In this document: positions 10,260 to 21,968 of the stretch, piece by piece
How the letters are laid out: the number at the start of each line of letters is the position of its first letter
Position numbering within the stretch: position 1 is the first letter of the stretch
DNA from: Neoechinorhynchus agilis
Lineage: Eukaryota; Animalia; Acanthocephala
Direction of reading: 5' to 3'
Assembly: GCA_051530055.1 (NCBI GenBank)
Contig: CM121341.1
Coordinates: 1,824,711 to 1,888,710, forward strand
Length of the DNA stretch: 64,000 bases
Translations under genes and position numbers: made by a program
The notes under the pieces: generated by a model
What the model was told of the DNA's origin: nothing
What the model saw: the letters and a program-made list of their open reading frames with translations, nothing else
Database searches by the model: none

Positions 10260-13200
10260 TGAACCAGTTTTTGTTGATCCGCGATGGAGCCCTTTCGAAC
10301 GGCGCATCTCAGCACTCAATCAAGTTTTTCTCATTACTTTTTAACTGTACCAGTTTTTGTTGATCCGCGATGGAGCCCTTTCGATGCTCATTACTTTTTA
10401 ACTGTACCAGTTTTTGTTGATCCGCGATGGAGCCCTTTCGAACTGCGCATCTCAGCACTCAATCAAGTTTTTCTCATTACTTTTTAACTGTACCAGTTTT
10501 TGTTGATCCGCGATGGAGCCTTTTCGAACGGCGCATCTCAGCACTCTATCATTACTGTGCAATGCCAGGTTGATCCCCGATGGAGTCCACGCGCAAAGAT
10601 CGTATCTAAGCACTCAATCAAGTTTTTCTCATTACGTTTTAACTGTACCAGTTTTTGTTGTTGTGCAATGTCGAGTTGATCCGCGATGGATCCCTTTCGA
10701 ACGGCGCATCTCAGCACTCTATCAAGTTTTTCTCTTTACTTTTTAACTGGACCAGTTTTTGTTGTTGTGCAATGTCGAGTTGATCCGCGATGGATCCCTT
10801 TAGAACGGCGCATCTCGAGCACTCTATCAAGTTTTGCTGCTGCTTTTTAACTGTACCAGTTTTTGTTGTTGTGCAATGTCGAGTTGATCCGCGATGGATC
10901 CCTTTCGAACGGCGCTCTCAGCACTCTATCAAGTTTTTCTCATTACTTTTCCTTGTACCAGTTTTTGTTGTTGTGCAATGTCGAGTTCGTAGTCCGCGAT
11001 GGATCCTTTCGAACGGCGCATCTCAGCACTCTATCAAGTTTTTCTCATTACTTTTTAACTGGACCAGTTTTTGTTGTTGTGCAATGTCGAGTTGATCCGC
11101 GATGGAGCCCTTTCGAACGGCGCATCTCGGCACTCTATCAAGTTTTTCTCATTACTTTTTAACTGGACCAGTTTTTGTTGTAGTGCAATGTCGAGTTGAT
11201 CCGCGATGGATCCCTTTCGAACGGCTGCGTCTCAGCACTCCTATCAAGTTTTGCTCTTTACTTTTTAACTGTACCAGTTTTTGTTGTTGTGCAATGTCGA
11301 GTTGATCCGCGATGGATCCCTTTCGAACGGCGCATCTCAGCACTCTATCAAGTTTTTCTCATTACTTTTTAACTGTACCAGTTTTTGTTGTTGTGCAATG
11401 TCGAGTTGATCCGCGATGGATCCCTTTCGAACGGCGCATCTCAGCACTTTATCAAGTTTTTCTCATTACTTTTTAACTGGACCAGTTTTTGTTGTTGTGC
11501 AATGTCGAGTTGATCCGCGATGGATCCCTTTCGAACGGCGCATCTCAGCACTCTATCAAGTTTTTCTCTTTACTTTTTAACTGTACCAGTTTTTGTTGTT
11601 GTGCAATGTCGCGTTGATGATCCGCGATGGATCCCTTTCGAACGGCGCATCTCAGCACTCTATCAAGTTTTTCTCTTTACTTTTTAACTGTACCAGTTTT
11701 TGTTGATCCGCGATGGAGCCTTTTCGAACAGCGCATCTCATGCCTCTATCAAGTTTTTCTCTTTACTTTTAACTGGATTGATTTTGTTGTGCAATGTCGA
11801 GTTGATATGCGATGGATCCCTTTCAGTGCCGGCACATCTCAGCACTCTATCAAGTTTTGCTCTTTACTTTTTAACTGTACCAGTTTTTATTGTTGTCACA
11901 ATGTCGAGTTGATCCGCGATGGATCCCTTTCGAACGGCGCATCTCAGCACTCTATCAAGTTTTCTCTTTACTTTTTAACTGGACCAGTTTTTGTTGTTGT
12001 GCAATGTCGAGTTGATCCGCGATGGATCCCTTTAGAACGGCGCATCTCAGCACTCTATCAAGTTTTGCTCTTTACTTTTTAACTGTACCAGTTTTTGTTG
12101 CTGTGCAATGTCGAGTTGATCCGCGATGGATCCCTTTCGAACGGCGCATCTCAGCACTCAATCAAGTTTTTCTCTTTACTTTTTAACTGGACCAGTTTTT
12201 GTTGTTGTGCAATGTCGAGTTGATCCGCGATGGATCCCTTTCGAACGGCGCATCTCCGCACTCTTCTCTATCAAGTTTTCTCTTTACTTTTTAACTGTAC
12301 CAGTTTTTGTTGTTGTGCAATGTCGAGTTGATCAGCGATGGATCCCTTTCGAACGGCGCATCTCAGCACTCTGTCAAGTTTTTCTCTTTACTTTTTAACT
12401 GGACCAGTTTTTGTTGTTGTGCAATGTCGAGTTGATCCGCGATGGACCCCTTTCGAACGGCGCATCTCAGCACTCTATCAAGTTTTTCTCTTTACTTTTT
12501 AACTGTACCAGTTTTTGTTGTTGTGCAATGTCGAGTTGATCAGCGATGGATCCCTTTCGAACGGCGCATCTCAGCACTCTGTCAAGTTTTTCTCTTTACT
12601 TTTTAACTGGACCATTTTTTGTTGTTGTGCAATGTCGAGTTGATCCGCGATGGATCCCTTTCGAACGGCGCATCTCAGCACTCTATCAAGTTTTGCACTT
12701 TACTTTTTAACTGGACCATTTTTTGTTGTTGTGCAATGTCGAGTTGATCCGCGATGGATCCCTTTCGAACGGCGCATCTCAGCACTCTATCAAGTTTTGC
12801 ACTTTACTTTTTAACTGGACCAGTTTTTGTTGTTGTGCAATGTCGAGTTGATCCGCGATGGATCCCTTTCGAACGGCGCATCTCAGCACTCTATAAAGTT
12901 TTTCTCTTTACTTTTTAACTGGACCAGTTTTTGTTGTTGTGCAATGTCGAGTTGATATGCGATGGATCCCTTTCGAACGGCGCATCTCAGCACTCTATCA
13001 AGTTTTGCTCTTTACTTTTTAACTGTACCAGTTTTTGTTGTTGTGCAATGTCGAGTTGATCCGCGATGGATCCCTTTCCGAACGGCGCATCTCAGCACTC
13101 TATCAAGTTTTTCTCTTTACTTTTTAACTGGACCATTTTTTGTTGTTGTGCAATGTCGAGTTGATCCGCGATGGATCTCTTTCGAACGGCGCATCTCAGC

Positions 13201-16200
13201 ACTCTATCAAGTTTTTCTCTTTACTTTTTAACTGGACCAGTTTTTGTTGTTGTGCAATGTCGAGTTGATCCGCGATGGATCCCTTTCGAACGGCGCATCT
13301 CAGCACTCTATCAAGTTTTGCTCTTTACTTTTTAACTGGACCAGTTTTTGTTGTTGTGCAATGTCGAGTTGATCCGCGATGGATCCTTTCGAACGGCGCA
13401 TCTCAGCACTCTATCAAGTTTTCTCATTACTTTTTTTAACTGTACCAGTTTTTGTTGTTGTGCAATGTCGAGTTGATCCGCGATGGATCCCTTTCGAGCA
13501 GCGCATCTCAGCACTATAAGTTTTCTCTTTACTTTTTTAACTGGACCAGTTTTTGTTGTTGTGCAATGTCGAGTTGATCCGCGATGGATCCCTTTCGAAC
13601 AGCGCATCTCAGCACTCTATCAAGTTTTGCACTTTACTTTTTAACTGTACCATTTTTTGTTGTTGTGCAATGTCGAGTTGATCCGCGATGGATCCCTTTC
13701 GAGCAGCGCATCTCAGCACTCTATCAAGTTTTTCTCATTACTTTTTAACTGGACCAGTTTTTGTTGTAGTGCAATGTCGTGTTGATCCGCGATGGATCCC
13801 TTTCGAACGGCGCATCTCAGCACTCAATCAAGTTTTTCTCATTACTTTTTAACTGGACCATTTTTTGTTGTTGTGCAATGTCGAGTTGATCCGCGATGGA
13901 TCCCTTTCGAACGGCGCATCTCAGCACTCTATCAAGTTTTTCTCATTACTTTTTAACTGTACCAGTTTTTGTTGTTGTGCAATGTCGAGTTGATCCGCGA
14001 TGGATCCCTTTCGAACGGCGCATCTCAGCACTCTATCAAGTTTTTCTCTTTACTTTTTAACTGGACCATTTTTTGTTGTTGTGCAATGTCGAGTTGATCC
14101 GCGATGGATCCCTTTCGAACGGCGCATCTCAGCACTCTATCAAGTTTTTCTCTTTACTTTTTAACTGTACCAGTTTTTGTTGTTGTGCAATGTCGAGTTG
14201 ATCCGCGATGGATCCCTTTCGAACGGCGCATCTCAGCACTCTATCAAGTTTTTCTCGTACTTTTTAACTGTACCAGTTTTTGTTGTTGTGCAATGTCGAG
14301 TTGATCCGCGATGGATCCCTTTCGAACGGCGCATCTCAGCACTCTATCAAGTTTTTTTTTCTCTTTACTTTTTAACTGGACCAGTTTTTGTTGTTGTGCA
14401 ATGTCGAGTTGATCCGCGATGGATCCTTTCGAACGGCGCATCTCAGCACTCTATCAAGTTTTTCTCTTTACTTTTTAACTGGACCATTTTTTGTTGTTGT
14501 GCAATGTCGAGTTGATCCGCGATGGAGCCCTTTCGAACGGCGCATCTCAGCACTCAATCAAGTTTTTCTCTTTACTTTTTAACTGGACAATTTTTTGTTG
14601 TTGTGCAATGTCGAGTTGATCCGCGATGGATCCCTTTCGAACGGCGCATCTCAGCACTCAATCAAGTTTTTCTCTTTACTTTTTAACTGGACAATTTTTT
14701 GTTGTTGTGCAATGTCGAGTTGATCCGCGATGGATCCCTTTCGAACGGCGCATCTCAGCACTCAATCAAGTTTTTCTCTTTACTTTTTAACTGGACAATT
14801 TTTTGTTGTTGTGCAATGTCGAGTTGATATGCGATGGATCCCTTTCGAACGGCGCATCTCAGCACTCAATCAAGTTTTTCTCTTTACTTTTTAACTGTAC
14901 CAGTTTTTGTTGTTGTGCAATGTCGAGTTGATCCGCGATGGATCCCTTTCGAACGGCGCATCTCAGCACTCTATCAAGTTTTTCTCTTTACTTTTTAACT
15001 GGACCAGTTTTTGTTGTTGTGCAATGTCGAGTTGATCCGCGATGGATCCCTTTCGAACGGCGCATCTCAGCACTCTATCAAGTTTTTCTCTTTACTTTTT
15101 AACTGTACCAGTTTTTGTTGTTGTGCAATGTCGAGTTGATCCGCGATGCATCCCTTTCGAACGGCGCATCTCAGCACTCTATCAAGTTTTTCTCTTTACT
15201 TTTTAACTGTACCAGTTTTTGTTGTTGTGCAATGTCGAGTTGATCCGCGATGGATCCCTTTCGAACGGCGCATCTCAGCACTCTATCAAGTTTTTCTCTT
15301 TACTTTTTAACTGGACCAGTTTTTGTTGTTGTACAATGTCGAGTTGATCCGCGATGGATCCCTTTCGAACGGCGCATCTCAGCACTCTATCAAGTTTTTC
15401 TCATTACTTTTTAACTGGACCAGTTTTTGTTGTAGTGCAATGTCGAGTTGATCCGCGATGGATCCCTTTCGAACGGCGCATCTCAGCACTCAATCAAGTT
15501 TTTCTCTTTACTTTTTAACTGTACCAGTTTTTGTTGTTGTGCAATGTCGAGTTGATCCGCGATGGATCCCTTTCGAACGGCGCATCTCAGCACTCTATCA
15601 AGTTTTTCTCTTTACTTTTTAACTGGACCAGTTTTTGTTGTTGTGCAATGTCGAGTTGATCCGCGATGGATCCCTTTCGAACGGCGCATCTCAGCACTCT
15701 ATCAAGTTTTTCTCATTACTTTTTAACTGGACCAGTTTTTGTTGTAGTTCAATGTCGAGTTGATCCGCGATGGAGCCCTTTCGAACGGCGCATCTCAGCA
15801 CTCTATCAAGTTTTTCTCTTTACTTTTTAACTGGACCATTTTTTGTTGTAGTGCAATGTCGAGTTGATCCGCGATGGATCCCTTTCGAACGGCGCATCTC
15901 AGCACTCTATCAAGTTTTTCTCTTTATTTTTCAACTGGACCATTTTTTGTTGTTGTGCAATGTCGAGTTGATCCGCGATGGTGCCCTTTCGAACGGCGCA
16001 TCTCAGCACTCTATCAAGTTTTTCTCTTTACTTTTTAACTGGACCATTTTTTGTTGTTGTGCAATGTCGAGTTGATCCGCGATGGATCTCTTTCGAACGG
16101 CGCATCTCAGCACTCTATCAAGTTTTCTCTTTACTTTTTAACTGGACTACTTTTTGTTGTTGTGCAATGTCGAGTTGATCCGCGATGGATCCCTTTCGAA

Positions 16201-19200
16201 CGGCGCATCTCAGCACTCAATCAAGTTTTCTCTTTACTTTTTAACTGGGATAGTTTTTGTTGTTCAATGCAATGTCGAGTTGATCCGCGATGGATCCCTT
16301 TCCGAACGGCGCATCTCAGCACTCTATCAAGTTTTTCTCTTTACTTTTTAACTGTACCAGTTTTTGTTGTTGTGCAATGTCAGTTGATCCGCGATGGATC
16401 CCTTTCGAACGGCGCATTTCAGCACTCAATCAAGTTTTCTCTTTACTTTTTAACTGTACCAGTTTTTGTTGTTGTGCAATGTCGAGTTTCTGATCCGCGA
16501 TGGATCCCTTTTTCGAACAGCATCTCAGCACATTATCAAGTTTTTCTCATTACTTTTTAACTGTACCAGTTTTTGTTGTTGTGCAATGTCGAGTTGATCC
16601 GCGATGGATCCCTTTCGAACGGCGCATCTCAGCACTCTGTCAAGTTTTTCTCTTTAATTTTTAACTGTACCAGTTTTTGTTGTTGTGCAATGTCGAGTTG
16701 ATCCGCGATGGATCCCTTTCGAACGGCGCATCTCAGCACTCTATCAAGTTTTTCTCTTTACTTTTTAACTGGACCATTTTTTGTTGTAGTGCAATGTCGA
16801 GTTGATCCGCGATGGATCCCTTTCGAACGGCGCATGTCAGCACTCTATCAAGTTTTTCTCTTTACTTTTTAACTGGACCATTTTTTGTTGTTGTGCAATG
16901 TCGAGTTGATCCGCGATGGATCCCTTTCGAAGGACCAGTTTTTGTTGTTGTGCAATGTCGAGTTGATCCGCGATGGATCCATCAAGTTTTTTCGAACTTT
17001 TAACTGGATCTCAGCACTCAGTTGATCAAGTTTTTCTCTTTACTTTTTAACTGGACCATTTTTTGTTGTTGTGCAATGTCGAGTTGATCGGCGCGCATCT
17101 GGAGTTTTTCTCTTTACTTTTTAACTGGACCATTTTCAACGGCGAGTTGCATCCCTCGAACGGCGCATCTCAGCACTCTATCAAGTTTTTCTCTTTACTT
17201 TTTAACTGGACCATTTTTTGTTGTTGTGCAATGTCGAGTTGATCCGCGATGGATCCCTTTCGAACGGCGCATCTCAGCACTCTATCAAGTTTTTCTCTTT
17301 ACTTTTTAACTGGACCATTTTTTGTTGTTGTGCAATGTCGAGTTGATTGATGGATCCCTTTCGAACGGCGCATCTCAGCACTCTATCAAGTTTTTTCTTT
17401 ACTTTTTAACTGGCGCAGTTTTTGTTCTGTGCAATGTCGAGTTGATCCGTCGATGGATCCCTTTCGAACGGCGCATTTCTCAAGTTTTTCTCTTTACTTT
17501 TTAACTGGACCATTTTTTGTTGTTGTGCAATGTCGAGTTGATCCGCGATGGATCCCTTTCGAACGGCGCATCTCAGCACTCTATCAAGTTTTTCTCTTTA
17601 CTTTTTAACTGGACCAGTTTTTGTTGTTGTGCAATGTCGAGTTGATCCGCGATGGATCCCTTTCGAACGGCGCATCTCAGCACTCTATCAAGACCATTTT
17701 TTTTTTCTCTTTACTTTTTAACTGGACCAGTTTTTATCAAGTTGCAATGTCGAGTTGATCCGCGATGGATCCCTTTCGAACGGCGCATCTCAGCACTCTA
17801 TCAAGTTTTTCTCTTTACTTTTTAACTGGACCATTTTTTGTTGTTGTGCAATGTCGAGTTGATCCGCGATGGATCAGCCCTTTCGAACGGCGCATCTCAG
17901 CACTCTATCAAGTTTTTCTCTTTACTTTTTAACTGTTTTTCCATTTTTTGTTGTTGTGCAATGTCGAGTTGATCCGCGATGGATCCCTTTCGAACGGCGC
18001 ATCTCAGCACTCTATCAAGTTTTTCTCATTTTTAACTGACCAGTTTTTGTTTGTGCAATGTCGAGTTGATCCGCGATGGATCCCTTTCGAACGGCGCATC
18101 TCAGCACTCTATCAAGTTTTTCTCTTTACTTTTTAACTGGACCATTTTTTGTTGTTGTGCAATGTCGAGTTGATCCGCGATGGATCCCTTTCGAACGGCG
18201 CATCTCAGCACTCTATCAAGTTTTTCTCTTTACTTTTTAACTGGACCAGTTTTTGTTGTTGTGCAATGTCGAGTTGATCCGCGATGGATCCCTTTCGAAC
18301 GGCGCATCTCAGCACTCTATCAAGTTTTTCTCTTTACTTTTTAACTGGACCAGTTTTTGTTGTTGTGCAATGTCGAGTTGATCCGCGATGGATCCCTTTC
18401 GAACGGCGCATCTCAGCACTCTATCAAGTTTGAACGGCTCTCAGCACTTTACTTTTTAACTGGACCATTTTTTGTTGTTGTGCAATGTCGAGTTGATCCG
18501 CGATGGATCCCTTTCGAACGGCGCATCTCAGCACTCTATCAAGTTTTTCTTTACTTTTTAACTGGACCATTTTTTGTTGTTGTGCAATGTCGAGTTGATC
18601 CGCGATGGATCCCTTTCGAACGGCGCATCTCAGCACTCTATCAAGTTTTTCTCTTTACTTTTTAACTGTACCAGTTTTTTGTTGTTGTGCAATGTCGAGT
18701 TGATCCGCGATGGATCCCTTTCGAACGGCGCATCTCAGCACTCTATCAAGTTTTTCTCTTTACTTTTTAACTGGACCATTTTTTGTTGTTGTGCAATGTC
18801 GAGTTGATCCGCGATGGATCCCTTTCGAACGGCGCATCTCAGCACTCTATCAAGTTTTTCTCTTTACTTTTTAACTGGACCAGTTTTTTTGTTGTGCAAT
18901 GTCGAGTTGATCCGCGATGGATCCCTTTCGAACGGCGCATCTCAGCACTCTATCAAGTTTTTCTCTTTACTTTTTAACTGGACCAGTTTTTGTTGTTGTG
19001 CAATGTCGAGTTGATCCGCGATGGATCCCTTTCGAACGGCGCATCTCAGCACTCAAGTTTTTCTCTTTACTTTTTTCATTTTTTGTTGTTGTGCAATGTC
19101 GAGTTGATCCGCGATGGATCCCTTTCGAACGGCGCATTCAGCACTCTATCAAGTTTTTCTCTTTACTTTTTAACTGGACCATTTTTTGTTGTTGTGCAAT

Positions 19201-20715
19201 GTCGAGTTGATCCGCGATGGATCCCTTTCGAACTTTTTAACTGGACCATTTTTTGTTGTTGTGCAATGTCGAGTTGATCCGCGATGGATCCCTTTCGAAC
19301 GGCGCAGTGCATCTCAGCACTCTATCAAGTTTTTCTCTTTACTTTTTAACTGGACCAGTTTTTGTTGTTGTGCAATGTCGAGTTGATCCGCGATGGATCC
19401 CTTTCGAACGGCGCATCTCAGCACTCTATCAAGTTTTTCTCTTTACTTTTTAACTGGACCATTTTTTGTTGTTGTGCAATGTCGAGTTGATCCGCGATGG
19501 ATCCCTTTCGAACGGCGCATCTCAGCATTTCATCAAGTTTTTCTCTTTACTTTTTAATCACCATTTTTTTTGTTGTGCAATGTCGAGTTTACGATGGATT
19601 TCGAACGGCGCATCTCAGCACTATCAGTTTTCTCTTTTTTTTTGACCAGTTTTTGTTGTTGCAATGTCGAGTTGATCCGCGATGGATCCCTTTCGAACGG
19701 CGCATCTCAGCACTCTATCAAGTTTTTCTCTTTACTTTTTAACTGGACCATTTTTTGTTGTTGTGCAATGTCGAGTTGATCCGCGATGGATCCCTTTCGA
19801 ACGGCGCATCTCAGCACTCTATCAAGTTTTTCTCTTTACTTTTTCTGGACCAGTTTTTGTTTAGTCAATGTCGAGTTTACTTTCGAACGGCGCATCTCAG
19901 CACTCTGTCAAGTTTTTCTCTTTACTTTTTAACTGACCATTTTTTGTTGTTGTGCAATGTCGAGTTGATCCGCGATGGATCCTTTCGAACGGCGCATCTC
20001 AGCACTCTATCAAGTTTTTCTTTACTTTTTAACGGCGCAGTTTTTCTGTTGTGCAATGTCGAGTTGATCAAGTTTTTCTCTTTACTTTTTAACTGGACCA
20101 TTTTTTTGTTGTTGTGCAATGTCGAGTTGATCCGCGATGGAACGGCGCATCTCAGCACTCTATCAAGTTTTTCGAACGGCGCAGTTTTTGTTGTTGTGCA
20201 ATGTCGAGTTGATCCGCGATGGATCCCTTTTCTCAGCACTTATCAAGTTTTTTCTTTACTTTTTAACTGGACCAGTTTTTGTTGTTGTGCAATGTCGAGT
20301 TGATCCGCGATGGATCCCTTTCGAACGGCGCATCTCAGCACTCTATCAAGTTTTTCTCTTTACTTTTTAACTGGACCAGTTTTTGTTGTTGTGCAATGTC
20401 GAGTTGATCCGCGATGGATCCCTTTCGAACGGCGCATCTCAGCACTCTATCAAGTTTTTCTCTTTACTTTTTAACTGGACCATTTTTTGTTGAGCACTTT
20501 ATCAAGTTTTTCTCATTACTTTTTAACTGACCAGTTTTTGCTGTTGTGCAATCAGTTTCCGCGATGGATCCCTTTCGAATGGTGCATCTCAGCACTCTCT
20601 ATCAAGTTTTTGTGCTCGAGTTGATCCGCGATGGATCCCTTTTCGAACGGCGCATCTTTCAACTGGACCAATCCCAGCTGTAGTGCAACGCCGGGTTGAT
20701 CCGCGATGGAGTCCA
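10260..20715. repeat. Satellite DNA, 104-bp monomer, about 100 copies
   Basis: atccgcgatg at 14931, 15035, 15139 (period 104). Consensus gttgatccgcgatggatccctttcgaacggcgcatctcagcactctatcaagtttttctctttactttttaactggaccagtttttgttgttgtgcaatgtcga. Confidence 0.98.
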
Positions 20716-21462
20716 TGCAAGCACGGGGTCCCCATCTCCGTCCCAAAAATAACTTTGACAAATTGGGAATCCAATGGATCCCCCGCTAGATGTCAAACTA
20801 GCGAGAACAGATACTACACTTTGATCTTAGCCTTTCGGCAAGAAGCGATAGCTTGGAATAGGGCACTCGAGTTTTAACTCTAAACATATATCCGAATTAA
20901 AAACTTTCTGATTCAATACGTAATTCGAAGACATTTGCTGAAAGAACACAAATTCCCTTAATTTTTTTTATTGTTTGTGATGAAATTAATTATTGTGTTT
21001 TAAATTTTTCTTATATGTTTTTTGTGTATGCCATAGTTTGGACGGATTCGTTTTATTGTTTCGTATTAGAATTCTAATTCTGATTTGACGGTTGTTTCAC
21101 TTAATTCATTCTTTTAGCCGTAATGTTCGTGAATTGCAATCGTTTTCCATTCTCTTTGACCCATTGAAGTGAATGTGGCGAGTGTTGGGCGATTGAGTTT
21201 TTTGATAGGGTTTGCGACTGGTGAACTAAGAATCACTCGGAGTTGATTAAACTGATTACTCCTGATCTCTGGTTTTCCATTCACGTAAATAGCAATCGAC
21301 TTAGGCTTCCAAATCGGAACGCATAAAGCTGTCAGTCTTAGTGGTTTTTCGAACTCAGGCAAAAATTGGTTGAGTGTTTTTCCGGTTTTCTAATAGTAAA
21401 GATCGATCACAATTTATGATTTGATTGTACGTTGGCGAATCCTGTCCCCGGTTTGTGAAATA

Positions 21463-21915
21463 GTTCGCAAGGTTTTCCTTGCTTCTTCAGTCGCTATCTA
21501 AAATGGAGATGATATAGACAGCAAGTGATGTCCGGATGCAGCTCAGATTCGCGGGTTTGCTAATATCCAAAGTGTGGAGGATCCGCACACACCTCCTTCG
21601 GTTTGTTGCCGACTAATTTGTTCGTCATGCTATGCAACTTTGGTAGGACCTGAGTGTGGTTTGATTTGTTGCCTTCCATCGTCCGAATTTAACCGGATGT
21701 GAATAGCCTCATGGATCAGTCTTCTTATATCCGGCTCACTTGATAAGAATGCTGCTTTTCCAAAATCCACCTTGTGCTCTGGTGGTTCGAGATTGCTGAG
21801 GATTTGTCGAAAGTCCTGCAAGCCTTTTTATGCTGCGATTCTTGATTCCTTGCATAGTTTGTCCAATGGAGCATTCTGCACATGAAATTTTGTGGATCCC
21901 TGATTTGGTCTCTTG
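21463..21915 (-). mobile_element. Penelope-like element 3' relic: frameshifted GIY-YIG endonuclease plus downstream hammerhead-like core
   Basis: KSGIHKISCAECS-IGQTMQGIKNR and HKVDFGKAAFLSSEPDIRRLIHEAIHI; shares IGQTMQGI with the 31 kb element. Core CTGAAGA-A-GCAAGG-AAAA-CCTTGC-GAAC at 21490..21463. Confidence 0.8.
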
Positions 21916-21968
21916 TTTAGCTTTCCTCTTGAGAATACCCGCACCTCGAGCTCCCTCGCCCAACCTAG

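Noticed and set aside
14925-14960. Satellite hairpin GATCC-GCGAT-GGATC equals stem II of the 48.6 kb hammerhead
   Set aside because: No CUGANGA box before it or GAAA directly after it on either strand; a 5-bp match is expected by chance
10284-20370. Dozens of ORFs with repeating peptides (VVVQCRVDPRWIPFERR etc.)
   Set aside because: Translations of the 104-bp satellite; frames shift with monomer indels
21114-21362. ORF with weak resemblance to a LINE RT C-terminus (IYVNGKPEIRSNQFNQLRVILSS)
   Set aside because: Motif too degenerate to support without a search
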